Positions 12,190 to 23,870 of a stretch of DNA of 47,975 bases are shown here, in pieces. A program made the translations under genes and the position numbers. The stretch's first letter is position 1. The number at the start of each line of letters is the position of its first letter. The notes beneath the pieces were generated by a model. The model had not been told where the DNA came from and did no database searches. It saw only the letters and a list, made by a program, of their open reading frames with translations. Source of the DNA: Chiloscyllium plagiosum (Eukaryota); NCBI RefSeq assembly GCF_004010195.1, contig NC_057751.1, forward strand, positions 16,103,969 to 16,151,943. The letters are read 5' to 3'.

Positions 12190-12785
12190 CACGCCTGCCT
12201 TCATTGCTCAGACCTTTGAGTATTGGAGTTGAGACGTCATGTTGAGGTTGTACAGAACGTTGGTGAGGCCTTTTCTGGAGGACTGTGTCCAGTTGTGGTC
12301 GCCCTGTTATGGGAAGGATATCATTAAGCTGGAGAGGGTTCAGAAAAGATTCCCAGGATGTTGCTGGGAATGGAGGGTTTGAGTTATAAGGAGAGGCTGG
12401 ATTTTTTTTCACTGGAGCATAGGAGGTTGAGGTATGATCTTATAGAAGTGTGTAAAATCATGAGGGGTATAAATAAGGTGAATGACAAGGGTCTTTTCCC
12501 TAGGGTGGGGAAATTCAAAAGTAGAGGGCATATTTTTAAGGGCATATTTTTAAGGGTCAACTTTTTCACACAGAGAGTGGCTTATGTGTGGAATGAACTG
12601 CCAGAGGAAGTGGTGGATGTGGATACAGTTGCAACATTTAAAAGACCTTCAGGTAAGTACATGAATAAGAAGGGGTTGGAGGGATATGCGCCAAGCGCAG
12701 ATAGATGGGACTAGTTTAGTTTGGGATTATGGTTGGCATGGACTGGTTGGACCAAAGGGTCTGTTTCCGTGCTGTTTGACTCTGT
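12190..12785 (+). mobile_element. CR1 LINE 3' fragment
   Basis: ORF 12358-12714 EGLSYKERL...NFFTQRVAYVWNELPEEVV. Confidence 0.92.
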
Positions 12786-13484
12786 TGGTGATTCAGTTGT
12801 GTTTTGAGGACAATCGATGGTACTTCCATTGATCGTCCTCATGCAGACTAGCTTTCAATTTCCAGGTTTTATTGTTTGAATTTAAATTTCTCGAGAATCT
12901 ATGGCAGGATTTGAACTCATGTCCACAGAGGATTAGCTCAGGCCACAGGATTATCAGTCCAGAATATACACCAGGATTGCAAAGATTTGTATTCAGAATG
13001 AAAATCTGTATAACCAGCATGGCCAGTGTGAGACATTCAGAAAACTGTCTGTGCAAAGGAAGTCACCTCCAGTTTAAATCACCTTGTCCCTTTTCTGACA
13101 CTTCTCCAATCTTTAATATTCCAAAAGGTGGAGTGGACACGGAAGGAAGAGCAGAACCACAGGCTGTCAATATCAAACGGTCCCCGGGAAATCCCATTGG
13201 GAATTCCAGAAGGGACCTCTTCCCCCAGAGAGCAGTGGAGGGGCAGAACGTGGAACTCGACCTGACAGGGAATGGCTGAAGTGAATCATGTCGATCCCGT
13301 TGTGGGGATGATCACCATACTAATGAGGGAGAGAAGGGGATAGACTGTTGGGATGGTAGGTTCAGAGGTGGGAGGAGGCTGGAGTGGAGCTTAAACACTA
13401 GCAGGGAGTAGTAGGGCTGAATGGCCCATTTCTATGCTTGTGTCCTAGATAATGAAATGTAATACCTTGGTTATTCAGATTTCT

Positions 13485-13670
13485 GGGGCTTGGTTTAGCT
13501 CCGTTGGCTGCACAGTTGGTTGACGAAGCAATATAATGCCAACAGCATGAGTTCAAATCCCATTGTTAGTTGAGGCTACCATGAAGGACTCTCCTTCCCA
13601 ATCTCTCCCCTTGCCTGAGGCGTCGTGACCCTCGGGTTAAACCACCACCAATAGCAGCCTTATGGTCACA
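13485..13670 (+). mobile_element. tRNA-derived SINE, second family
   Basis: tagctccgttggc, gttcaaatcc, ggttaaaccaccacca. Confidence 0.75.
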
Positions 13671-14364
13671 AAAGTACATACACATTCAGATTTCGAAATC
13701 ATTAACATCATCTTGTGCACTGATTTCCAACTTCAATCTCAGTAGACACTCTTTGACACTTCCCTCCTTTTTTGCCTTCAGATCTCCATCTTCCTTTCAC
13801 CACAAGAATTGGAACGGATCTTGTTTCTGCTCTTCCTGGTCAACAACAGCTTTGGAGGCCAAGGCTAACTGAAAGAAAGCTTTCTGAACGTGGAGAATTG
13901 CTGGCATTAAGAGATTTGAACTTGATGGATGTGTGAACAGGCAGAGAATGGTAGGATACAGGCCGCGTAGAGGCAAGGGGCTTTTGTTATGGAGAGGTGT
14001 CATGTGTTAGCACAGGGCTAAGGGTCGAAAAGCCTGTTCCTGTGTTGTGCTGTTCTTTGCTTTTCTTTGTTTCCATCTGTTTGTTGGTTGAGAGAAGGGT
14101 GGGTGAGGGGAGGGTGATGGAAAGCAGTCATCGATTGGCTCAATGGTTGCCAGGGTGCCATGGCAGGAGGACTCTACTATCTTCAGCAGGTTCGCCATCA
14201 TAGTTGCCTAATCCAGGCAGTCAATGTTTCATAGCAATTTTCTGATTGTTTTTCAAGAGGCAGCAGTTTAGTTACAGGCTTGTCAGTTCATGAGGCAGAG
14301 AAAGGAAGTAAAGCAAAATGGAAATTCGCCGCAGTTCCTGCTCTCATTAGAAAGATGACTGGGA

Positions 14365-14505
14365 GTAGTTTAACCTGAGAGTCACTACATCTCAGGCAAG
14401 GGGAGAGATTGAAAAGGTGAGTCCTCTCATGGTGACCTCAGCTGGGCTGAGAATGGAACCCACGCCGTTGGAGTCAAACCAGCCGTCCAGTCAACTGAGT
14501 TAACT
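14365..14505 (-). mobile_element. tRNA-derived SINE, second family
   Basis: reverse-complement similarity to 2291-2470. Confidence 0.65.
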
Positions 14506-16179
14506 GATGATCCATGACAGATGAGAACCGATCCCAGGGCGGTTCTGTGGAACTGAAGAGTTGAGGGAGTGCACTCTCGCATCCTCCCAGTGGTCCTATA
14601 CCCTTTTGTGGTGGTCTCTGGTAGACTTCGGTGATCTTGGGACCAACAGCCTTTGTTGTCTCCTTCGGGCTAATGTTGCGGGTTTCCCAAGGAGATGGTG
14701 TGGGTCCTCTCTCTGGATCTTCTTGCCTCTTTCGCCTCTCCTGGCCTTGTTGATTTTCCTTTTATTTTGAGGGAGTGCATTGGCCATTGACTGTCTAAAT
14801 CCATCTGACCAATAGCCATAGAGCAGCTTTGATTGATAACTGTTGTTCTCTTACTCACTTCCATCTGAGGGTTAATTCATCATTCTTTCCAAGAACAGAT
14901 CTTCCTTCTTTTCGAAAACAGCACTTTGAGATCAGGGTGTATTTGGTGTCAGTGACCTCTGCGTATCTCCTAATTTTTCCTGTTTGTTGTCCCGTGCTCA
15001 AATTTTGGAAAGGTAATTACTGCCAGGCCCTGGTTTCGGCAGGATGTGGGGAGCAGTGGCAGAGAGCAGCGGGTGTTGACGAAGGCCCCGGCTTCAGCGA
15101 GCTAGAAAAGGCTACTTCAGTTGAATCAAATTGGATTAGAATTCGTCAAAGGACAAGCAAGAAATTGAGAAAGAAACACATGAAGCACAATTAAGCAAAT
15201 GAGACACATGAAGGTTAGGTTTTACATCTATGGAAAAAGGGAAGACATTATCAGAAATAAGTATGGTTCATATCAGAGTCTGAGACGGGAAATTGTAATG
15301 GGTAACAAGGACAGTAATCCAACTTGGCTTCACCACAGAAAACACAAGGAATCCATTCGAAATTGCAGAGAACTAAGGAGAGTGTGGAAGTTAAAATTGC
15401 CTCGAAGGAGGACCATTCCTAATCAGAGAGTTCATAAAGTGGGAACCAATTGTAATTTGGGTCTATTATGATATTTAAAAATCTGTGGCGAACCTTAAAG
15501 GGTTAAATTTGTTTGAAAAGGTCGCATCTCATTTCACTCATTTAATGTGTGATTAGCCAGGCACCACTTGTCACATGGTTTTAAAATCTGTTTTAATGGT
15601 ACTTAAACCTATCAAAGGCTTTTTACATATTCCCTCTAATGTATTCACTGCTTTGTACACGGTAGCGTTTAAGAGCTAGTCTGAGGCAAATTACAGGAAA
15701 ATGGATATCGAGACTTTATAAGTTCTTGTTCCTGTGACGACCAGCAGAATCAGGAGGCTACATCTTCCACATTGATTTTCTTTTTGTAATCACTGCCTTT
15801 GTTTTTTAACTTTCGAGCTCACTTGTCCTCCCCTCTCATCCCACCATCCCCTGCAATTTTTCTCTGAAGGTCGAAATTCAATTTCTCAATCCTGTACTCT
15901 GCCTCCTATTTGACCTTCCCCTCTGCTGATCAGGTAGTGAGTGTAAGGTGGTGTTTATTCCCTCAAGCTGGAGGAGCCCAGAATGAGGGACTGCCATCTC
16001 TGTCTTTCTCATCTGAAGTGATGTGCTCCACCTCAACGAAAGAATCCCAGATGGTGCAGCCATTATTGTGTGACGGCCTCTGTGATCTTGCTCTGCGCAT
16101 CGCAGCGGCAACGTTTTCCACATCGTAACGGTGACCCCCAAGTCACCTCAGGAGTGTGGTACAAAGTGTCACATCACAC

Positions 16180-17105
16180 CAACAAGGAACAGGAGTAGGC
16201 CATTCAGCCCTTCAAGCCTACTCCACCATTCAATATGATTGTGGCTTTTACCCTCCATTTTACCCTTGACTCTAGTTTCCAGCATATCCCCTCCATAATT
16301 AATCATCACCTCTTGGTCATTAAGAATCTAACTCCGTCTGCCTTAAAAATATTTAAAGACTCTGCATCCACTGACTTTTGAGGAAGGGAATTCCAAAGAC
16401 TCATAACACTCTGAGAGAAAAAAGAAATTTGCCTCATCAACAAGGTGACCCCATACCTTTCAAACGATGATCTCGAGTTCTAGATTTTCTCAGAGAGAGA
16501 AAACATCCTTTTGACATTCTTCCAGTCAAGTACAGGACATTGGTGAGGCCACCTTTGGAACACTGTGTTCAATTCTGGTCTCCCTGCTCTAGGAAGGATG
16601 TGGTGAAACTTGAAAGGGTACAGAAAAGATTGACAAGGATATTGCCAGGGGTGGAGGGTTTGATCTATAAGGAGAGGCTGAATAGGCTGGGCCTGTTTCC
16701 TCTAGAGCATCAGAGGCTGAGGGGTGACCTTATAGAGGTTTATAAAATTGTAAGGGGCATGGATAGCGTATATAGACAGCGTCTTTTCCTCAGGGAGGGG
16801 GAGTCTAAAACTAGAGGACATAGGTTTAAGGTGAGAAGGGAAAGAGACTGAAAGGGCAACTTTTTCATGCAGAAGGTGGTGCATGTATGCAATGCGCTGC
16901 CAGAAGAAGTGGTGGAGGCTGGGTGGGCACATGAAAAGAAAGGGTGTAGAGGGATATGGGCCAAATGCTGGAAATGGGACTAGATTAATTGAAGGATAAC
17001 TGGCCAACATGGACGAGTTGGACCAAAGGGTCTGTTTCCATACTGTACAAGTCCATGACTCTAAGTCCACTTAGGATCTTATATGTTCCAATTGAATCTC
17101 ACCTC
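16180..17105 (-). mobile_element. old CR1/L2 LINE 3' end, split by a younger CR1
   Basis: ggagtaggccattcagccc tail; host resumes at 17063 aagtccacttaggatcttatatg. Confidence 0.75.
16532..17062 (+). mobile_element. CR1 LINE 3' fragment (nested)
   Basis: ORF 16540-16851 VRPPLEHCVQFWSP...LERVQKR; aagt at both junctions. Confidence 0.92.
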
Positions 17106-17216
17106 AGACTCCACTCGCCAACAGTGAGAGGTTCATTGAGGTGTACATAGCACAGAATCAGCCCACTCAAACCACCTAACTCATATGTATGCCCCAGTCA
17201 AACCTCCTACCATCCT

Positions 17217-17435
17217 AGCTGAAAATGTGTTGCTGGAACGGCACAGCAGGTCAGGCAGCATCCAGGGAACAGGAGAATCGACGTTTCGGGCATAAACCCT
17301 TCTTCAGGAATCCTGAAGAAGGGCTTATGCCTGAAATGTCGAATCTCCTGTTCCCTGGATGCTGCCTGACCTGCTGTGCCGTTCCAGCAACACATTTTCA
17401 GCTCTGATCTCCAGCATCTGCAGACCTCACTTTCT
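17217..17435. mobile_element. Penelope-like family A palindromic insertion
   Basis: 93 bp arms 17217-17309 and 17311-17403 around 17310; TSD cctcctaccatccta at 17203-17217 and 17436-17450. Confidence 0.9.
17280..17307 (-). ncRNA. minimal hammerhead ribozyme core
   Basis: minus strand CUGAAGA-A-GGGU-uuau-GCCC-GAA-ACGU-C. Confidence 0.6.
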
Positions 17436-17645
17436 CCTCCTACCATCCTACCCCATCCAATTCTACCCACCTTCTCTCATATCCATTTGGGGTTGGGGAT
17501 CTGTTGTCCTTACCCAATACTCCAGACCCAGGGCAGTGGTTCTCTTCTTAACTGCCCTCTGAAGTGGCCTGGCAAGCCACTCAGTCCAAGGACAGTCAGG
17601 GACGGACAACAAATTCTGGTCTTGCCAGGGTCATCACACCTTAAT

Positions 17646-18240
17646 TGCTCAGACCTTTGAGTATAGGAATTGGGATGTTATGTTTGAGGTTGTACAGGAC
17701 ATTGGTGAGGCCTCTTCTGGATTACTGTGTTCAGTTCTGGTCGCCCTATTATAAGTCGAATATTATTAAGCTGGAGGAGGTATCGACAATGTTGCCAGTA
17801 CTGGAGGGCTTGAGTTACAAAGAGAGCCTGGATAGGCTGGGACTTTTCCCACTGGCACATACGAGGTTGAGGGGTGACCTTATCGAGGTTTGTAAAATCA
17901 TGAGGGGTATAGATAAGATGAATAACAAAGGTCTTTTCCCTAAGGTGAGGGATTTCAAGACTATGAGCATGTTTTTGAGGGGAGAGGAGAAAGATTTTAA
18001 AAAGGCATGGGGCAATTATTTTACATAGAGAGCGGTTCGTGTGTGGAATGAGCTTCCAGAGGAAGTGGTGGATACGGATACAAGATTTAAAAGACATTTG
18101 AATAAGTACGTGTACAGGAAAGGTTTGGAGGGATGTGAGCCAGGAGCAGGCAGGTGGGACTAGTTTAGTTTGGGATTATGGTCAGCACAGACTGATCGGA
18201 CCTAAGAATCTGTTCTCGTGCTGTATGACTATATGACTCT
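17646..18240 (+). mobile_element. CR1 LINE 3' fragment
   Basis: ORF 17645-18028 LYRTLVRPLLDYCVQFWSP; tail tatgactatatgactct. Confidence 0.92.
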
Positions 18241-18729
18241 ATCCCATGAAAGAATAAAGATAAGTCACTCCATGATTGTCACCTTCCTCGCGCTGAATTG
18301 CCCACTCTGTCTTGTAACTAATCGACTGTGCCATGAATCATTCATAATTAGGTGTGACGTGAACGTGAGCTGTCAAGTAGCCTTTCAACTCCTATTAGAA
18401 TATTTCAGTAAGAAATGGATACTTAGCTAAACAGTACTTGAATATCGCTGAGAAGAAAAATGATGTTATCAAAGCATTTCATCTGGTATTCGCCAGGACA
18501 CATGCAAAAATGCCAAATTTCATGGAGATTAATAATTTTATATGAGATGAGGAAGTGGTGCTAATTAATGGCAATATATGACTTGCTGAGGTATTGTAAT
18601 GAAGAATGCTCCAGTAAGGTTCTGTTGTTCTCCTGCACTTTCATTTATTTAATAAAAAATGAAATGCCCAGGCATATTTCTTTCTTATACAGTATAATTG
18701 TTTCATCATTTCTTAAAACCTGAATTAAT

Positions 18730-19540
18730 GATTTTATTATCACCATATATTTTGAAGATGCAGTGAAGAAGGGCTTGTACTGTGCTGTAATGTTCTACGT
18801 TCTTTGTTCTAAGGTGTTTTGTTGCTACATTCCGGCACCATTTTGAGCTACAAAAAGAAAAACAAATTACTGAAGTAAGGATTCACCTGCTGTTCAAATT
18901 GGGTCTCAAGCATGGCTTCAGAATTAGTGTGAAGTGTTGTGGGCCTCAAGGAGTTCCACTCCAGGAACAGCAACAACGATGCCATGCCCCAGGATACACC
19001 GCCAAGACTCTAGACTCTGGGCCCATTGCTATCAGGAGTCCCCACTCTGGGCACCACCACTGCCATGAGTCCAGGCTCTGGGCCTATTGCCATCAGGAGT
19101 CCAGGCTCTGGGCCTATTGCCACCAGGAGTCCCCGCATTGGACACTGCCACTGCCAAGGGTCCAGGCTCTGGGCCTATTGCCACCAGGAGTCCAGGCTCT
19201 GTGCCTACTGACGCTAAAAGTCCCCACTGCAGGCACCACCATTGTCAAGATTACAGGCTCTGGGCCTAATGCCACCAAGAGTCCAGTCTTTGGCCCTTCC
19301 ACTGCCAGGAGTCACTGCTGTGAGCACCACTCCTGCGAAGAGTCCAGGCTTCAGGCCCACCACAACCAGAAGTCTCAATCCACGGCAGCGACAGCGCTCT
19401 GGCTTCAAAGGTAAAGAAAGAAAACGAGAAGAAAAATAAGATGAAGAGTTACATAGAGCGAAAGGATGCCACTGCTCTGGAGCGGGCGGGCTCCAACAAA
19501 CCAGAAAACTATTTCCTGTGCCAGCAGCCGCCATCTTGAT
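18730..19540 (-). mobile_element. non-autonomous retroelement with internal minisatellite
   Basis: minus strand begins caagatggcggc and ends ...cactgcatc...ggtgataataaaa, like the Rex-Babar tails at 22110 and 29330. Confidence 0.55.
18995..19378 (+). repeat. about 30 bp minisatellite (ccaccaggagtccaggctctgggcctattg), roughly 12 diverged units
   Basis: visible tandem units; gives repetitive ORFs such as CHQESRLWAY. Confidence 0.9.
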
Positions 19541-20489
19541 GCTCATTCTCGCATCGGATCTGACAAGTGCTTTTGTTTTTGTCTACTCCAGTCATTAAGA
19601 TTAAAATTTCAATAATTTTTTTTTCTGTTGACTCATTGCTTCCAACCAAGCCAAGTTCAATGTTTTGTCGTTTTGGTGAATAGAAGGTGACACAAGAAGG
19701 TCAACTTGAGAAGTATCAATGCCGATGGGTGACCACTGGAAAGTTAACACAGGAAAAAGAGGAGGAAACTGGCATTTAAATGCCATGCAGAAATCTGCAG
19801 TGTACTTTTACTGAGAGGCATCATATGCAGGCCCATCAGAGACACCTTCTTTTAGCAGTTTCGATACCTGCAATTTGAGTGACTGAATTGCCAATTACAC
19901 CACTCGCAAAAAAAACCTTTTATCTGCATTCCTATCACTGGCCTGCTCAGTCCTTGAACGAACAACATGCTTTCCTCACTTGCACCCTGCTCCTCCAATA
20001 AAGAAGGGACCTTTTAAAAGCTCCAAATTCCTAACAATCATCATCCATTAGCTTTGAGAATAATTACTGCTGGCCACAAAACGTAATACCTAGCCAGCAC
20101 TGCTGCTGAAAATAAATCGGGGGGGGGGGGGAAAAAACGCTTTGTGAAGATGAATGTCCTGATGAAAAATGTAGAGTGCTCTCAGGGGTGCTTTGAAATG
20201 ACAGTAATTCTGCCTGACGCAAGTACTAATCGTAATTAGGGTGACAAGGACAAAGGTAGGGATGTGCATAATCAGTTGTCACCGAGACAAGCTTTCTCCA
20301 AAAGTACGCAGCGATCTGGATGACAGGAAATTACTTTTCTGTTATTTTTAATAATTCTGGTGCGATGTTCTCCCCCATTCAAATGTCCTCATCCAGATGG
20401 TAAGGAGAGTGCTGGAGGTTGATAGGTCTTGCTTTGGGATCCATTCAGACCTGTCCCTGAGCTGGAGGGTTAGTCCCCTGTGCGATCGC

Positions 20490-22088
20490 TGTCTAGGAAC
20501 TGAACCGACTGATCCTTTATCCCTGCCGTTAGCAGGACAGATTACCTGAAGGTGTTCGGAATGTAGTTCAGAGGGGCCGAGGTGTGCGCAAAATCTTGGG
20601 AGGAGCACATCACCAAGGTGAGGCAGAAACTGGCACTCCTCCCTCTCCATTACAGGTAAAAACCTGGCCATCAAGTGTGGGGTACTCTCCCTCTGTTCTG
20701 TAGGTGGCGCAGGTCTAGTCCGTCACCCGAGCCGTCTTCCACTTGGTCTGGAGGTCCAAGATGGATCATATCTGGAGGGACTCCATGTTCAAAATTATGG
20801 AGGTGGAGGGGCGGCGGGAGGGGGGGTGTGGAATGAACATACCCAACGTCACCCCGTCCTCATGGCCACCTTTGTGTGCGGCTGCATCAAGCTGTGCGTA
20901 CAACTTCGATACGCAAACACCATGTGTCACTACATACTGAGGTTCTATCTGTCCTTGGGGTTGCAGAGGATGGGACTTGCTGCTGTGGAATGCTCCAAGT
21001 GCTGAACAAAGAGACCTTGGAGTGCAGGTTCATAGCTCCTCGAAAGTGGAGTCGCAGGTAGATAGGATAGTGAAGAAGGCGTTTGGTATGCTTTCCTTTA
21101 TTGGTCAGAGTATTGAGAACAGGAGTTGGGAGGTCATGTTGCAGTTGTACAGGACATTGGTTCAGCCACTTTTGGATTATTGCGTGCAATTCTGGTCTCC
21201 TTCCTACCGGAAAGATGTTGTGAAACTTGAAAAATTTCAGAAAAGACTTACAAGGATGTTGCCAGGATTGGAGGGTTTGAGCTACAGGGAAGAGGATGAA
21301 TAGGCTGGGGCTGTTTTCCCTGGAGCGTTGGAGGCTGATGGGTGACCTTATACAGGTTATAAAATCATGAGGGGCATGGATAGGATAAACAAACAAAGTT
21401 TTTTTCCCAGGGATGGGGGAGTCCAGAACGAGAGGGCATAGGTTTAGGGTGAGAGGGGAAAGATATAAAAGGGACCTAAGGGGCAACTTTTTCACGCAGA
21501 GGGTGGCACGGGTATGGAGTGAGCTGCCAGAGGAAGTGGTGGAGGCTGGTACAATTGCAACATTTAAAAGGCATTTGGATGGGTATATGAATAGGAAGGG
21601 TTTGGAGGGATATGGGCTGGGTGCTGGCAGGTGGGACTAGATTGGGTTGGGATATTTGGTTGGCATGGACGGGTTGGACCGAAGGGTCTGTTTCCGTGCT
21701 GTACATCTCTATGACTCTAAGTATTTAGACCATTACATGCCACCTTTCCTTCATCGAGAAATTTGCTGGAATGTGCCTTTGCGAAGGAAGTCTGGAGAGA
21801 GTTGCAGTGGTTTTTATCGAGGTTCATCCTGAGCAGTTCCATGATGCCAGGACTCTGTGCTTGACGGTCTGTTCCCAGGGACACACACTGATTCAAACAT
21901 TAACTGCACCTGGAGGACCATCAACTCAGTGAAAGATGCTCTTTGATCTGCCCAAAACCTATTGGTCTTCCAGAACAAGGCGTTGACCTTGACCAAGTGT
22001 TGCAGACTGGTACATTTCAAGGTCCAGGACTACGTGCTGAGGGATGCACTAAGGCTTGGGGCAGCTGCTGCCAAGGCACAGTGGGGAA
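20490..22088 (+). mobile_element. Tx1-clade (L1-like) LINE ORF2 C-terminal remnant, interrupted by CR1
   Basis: my translation: DYLKVFG...CAKSWEEHITKVRQKL...SLSITGKNL...VWRSKMD...FVCGCIKLCV...CHYILRFYLS, then LECAFAKEVW...VQDYVLRDALRLGAAAAKAQWG. Confidence 0.85.
21001..21718 (+). mobile_element. CR1 LINE 3' fragment nested in Tx1
   Basis: EQRDLGVQVH...LDYCVQFWSP; tail ctctatgactct; aagt at both junctions. Confidence 0.95.
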
Positions 22089-22099
22089 GTTACATGTTT

Positions 22100-22790
22100 T
22101 TGATTTGATTTGATTTATTATTGTCACATATACTGAGGTTTGTTTTGTTTCGGGTGCAAAAGAGGCAGATCATACCATACAAATTGAACTGAGCGAGGAA
22201 TACAATGTTACTGCTGCAGAGAGGGTGCACACAGAGTGAGATCTACATTAGATTTGAAATTTGAGAGATCCATTCAGAAGTCTAATAACAGCAGGGAGGA
22301 AGCTGTTCTTGAATCTGTCGGTATGTGTGTTTAAGTGCTTGTATCTTCTGCCCGATGGAAGAGGTTGGAAGATGTTATAACCGGGGTGTGAGTGGTTTGT
22401 GATGATGTTGGCTGCCTTTCTGAGGCTGCCGGAAGTGTAGAAGGAGACAATGGATGGAAGGTTGGCTTGTGTGATGGACTGGGCTGTATTTACAACGCTC
22501 TCTTATTTCTTACAGTCCTGGATAGAGTACAGAGGAACCTCAATTACCCAAAGGACACAGGCAGGGAGTATTTCATTTGGTTAATCGAATTCCGGATAAT
22601 TGAATGCCAGATAATATAGTTTAGCCAAGCGTCAGGACCTTGCGATCTTGCCGGATAATCCGATGTTCGGATAATCAAATGCTGGAGTTGCCTTACAAGC
22701 CGTGATGCACCCTGGTAGAATGCCTTCTATGATGCATCTATAAAAATTGGTAAGAGTCCTAACGGACATGCCGAATTTCCTTAGCCTGAG
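22100..22790 (-). mobile_element. Rex1/Babar-like LINE 3' fragment
   Basis: (tttga)n-tttattattgtcac tail; colinear with 29320-29895. Confidence 0.75.
22530..22685 (+). mobile_element. Tigger/pogo-like MITE, one end
   Basis: TA|cagaggaacctcaattaccc terminus; internal cggataatc repeats; interrupts the Rex element. Confidence 0.6.
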
Positions 22791-23374
22791 CTAAAGCCAC
22801 GTGAGGAGAGGCGAGAGCTGTGTGGAGAAGGCTAATTCAGTTGAGTCTTGCGAAACGGGATTGGGTGAAGGGGAAAGATTTTCACAGCTATTGGGGAAAA
22901 GGGCAGGCGAGTGGGGTAGGACCTCTTGGAGGGAGCAAGCACAGACACAGGAGGCTGAATGGCTCCCTTCTGTGCTGTAACCATTGTATAACCCTACACC
23001 ATCACTCCAAGTTACAATCTGGTCAATATTCCTCAGAAATGGGCTGGGTTTGGGGAGGCAGAAAATTGATCTAATTATTGCCGAAATCCCTTAAAATGCT
23101 TCCTCCCAGAGTGATTTTTCTACCGATTCATTCACAGATGTGGTCATCGCAGGCCACCATTGATTACCCATCTCTAATTATCCCTTAAGAACATCAGAAC
23201 AAGGTGCAGGAGGAGGCCATTCAGCCCCTCCAGCCTGCTCCACCCCTCCATAGGATCATGGCTGATCTCATCTCGGCCTCAAATCCACCTTCCCGCCTGC
23301 TCCCCAAAACCTTTCAAATCATTGCTAATTAAAACTCTGCCTGCCCCCCCCTCCTTAAACTTACTCAATGTCCC

Positions 23375-23630
23375 AGCCTTGAGAAGGTGGGAGTGAACTG
23401 CCTTCTTGAACTGCTGCAGTCTGTGTGGTGTCGGGACCCCCACACACAGCACCCTGAGGGAGGGAGCCCCAGGATTCTGGCCCAGCGACACTGAAGGAAC
23501 GGCCGAGATATTTCCGAGTCGGGATGGTGAGGGGCTCGGAAGGGAACTTGCGGGGGGGTGGTGTTCCCATGTACCTGCTGTCCTTGTCCTTCTCGATGTG
23601 AATTTGGAAGATGCTGTCTAAGGGGCATTG
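23375..23630 (-). mobile_element. CR1/L2-type LINE 3' region
   Basis: reverse complement of 8040-8250; another LINE tail lies at ~23185-23372. Confidence 0.75.
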
Positions 23631-23677
23631 CTGATTATTAAGAGGAACCTGAGACTTCTGACCTGACTTGATTCCGA

Positions 23678-23870
23678 TGTGGAGGTGTTGGTGTTGGACT
23701 GGGGTGGACGAAGTCAGAAGTCACGCCAGACCAGGTTATAATCCAACAAGCTTATTTAAAATCACAAACTTTTGGAGCTGTCGGGTGAAGTGACAAAGGA
23801 GCAGAGCTCCAAAAACGTGTGATTTCAAATACATCTGTTGGACTACGACCTGGCATCGTGTAACCTCTGA
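23678..23870. mobile_element. older Penelope-like family B-related fold-back element
   Basis: ccaggttataatccaaca...tgttggactacgacctgg inverted arms; decayed core tgacaaaggagcagagctccaaaa; imperfect TSD tgacttgattccga / tgatttgattctga. Confidence 0.65.

Noticed and set aside
14596..14787. Delta-antigen-like basic peptide (KKIQREDPHHLLG)
   Set aside because: Resemblance is limited to a few residues; no coiled-coil pattern or HDV ribozyme seen
15199..15471. 90 aa ORF
   Set aside because: Appears to be a highly decayed CR1 ORF2 linker fragment
15878..16141. CpG-rich ORFs on both strands
   Set aside because: No recognisable domain and no convincing splice-site pair
18899..19439. Cys/His-rich repeat protein or CRISPR-like array
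   Set aside because: Head-to-tail 30 bp minisatellite without unique spacers; all three plus frames are open because of the unit sequence
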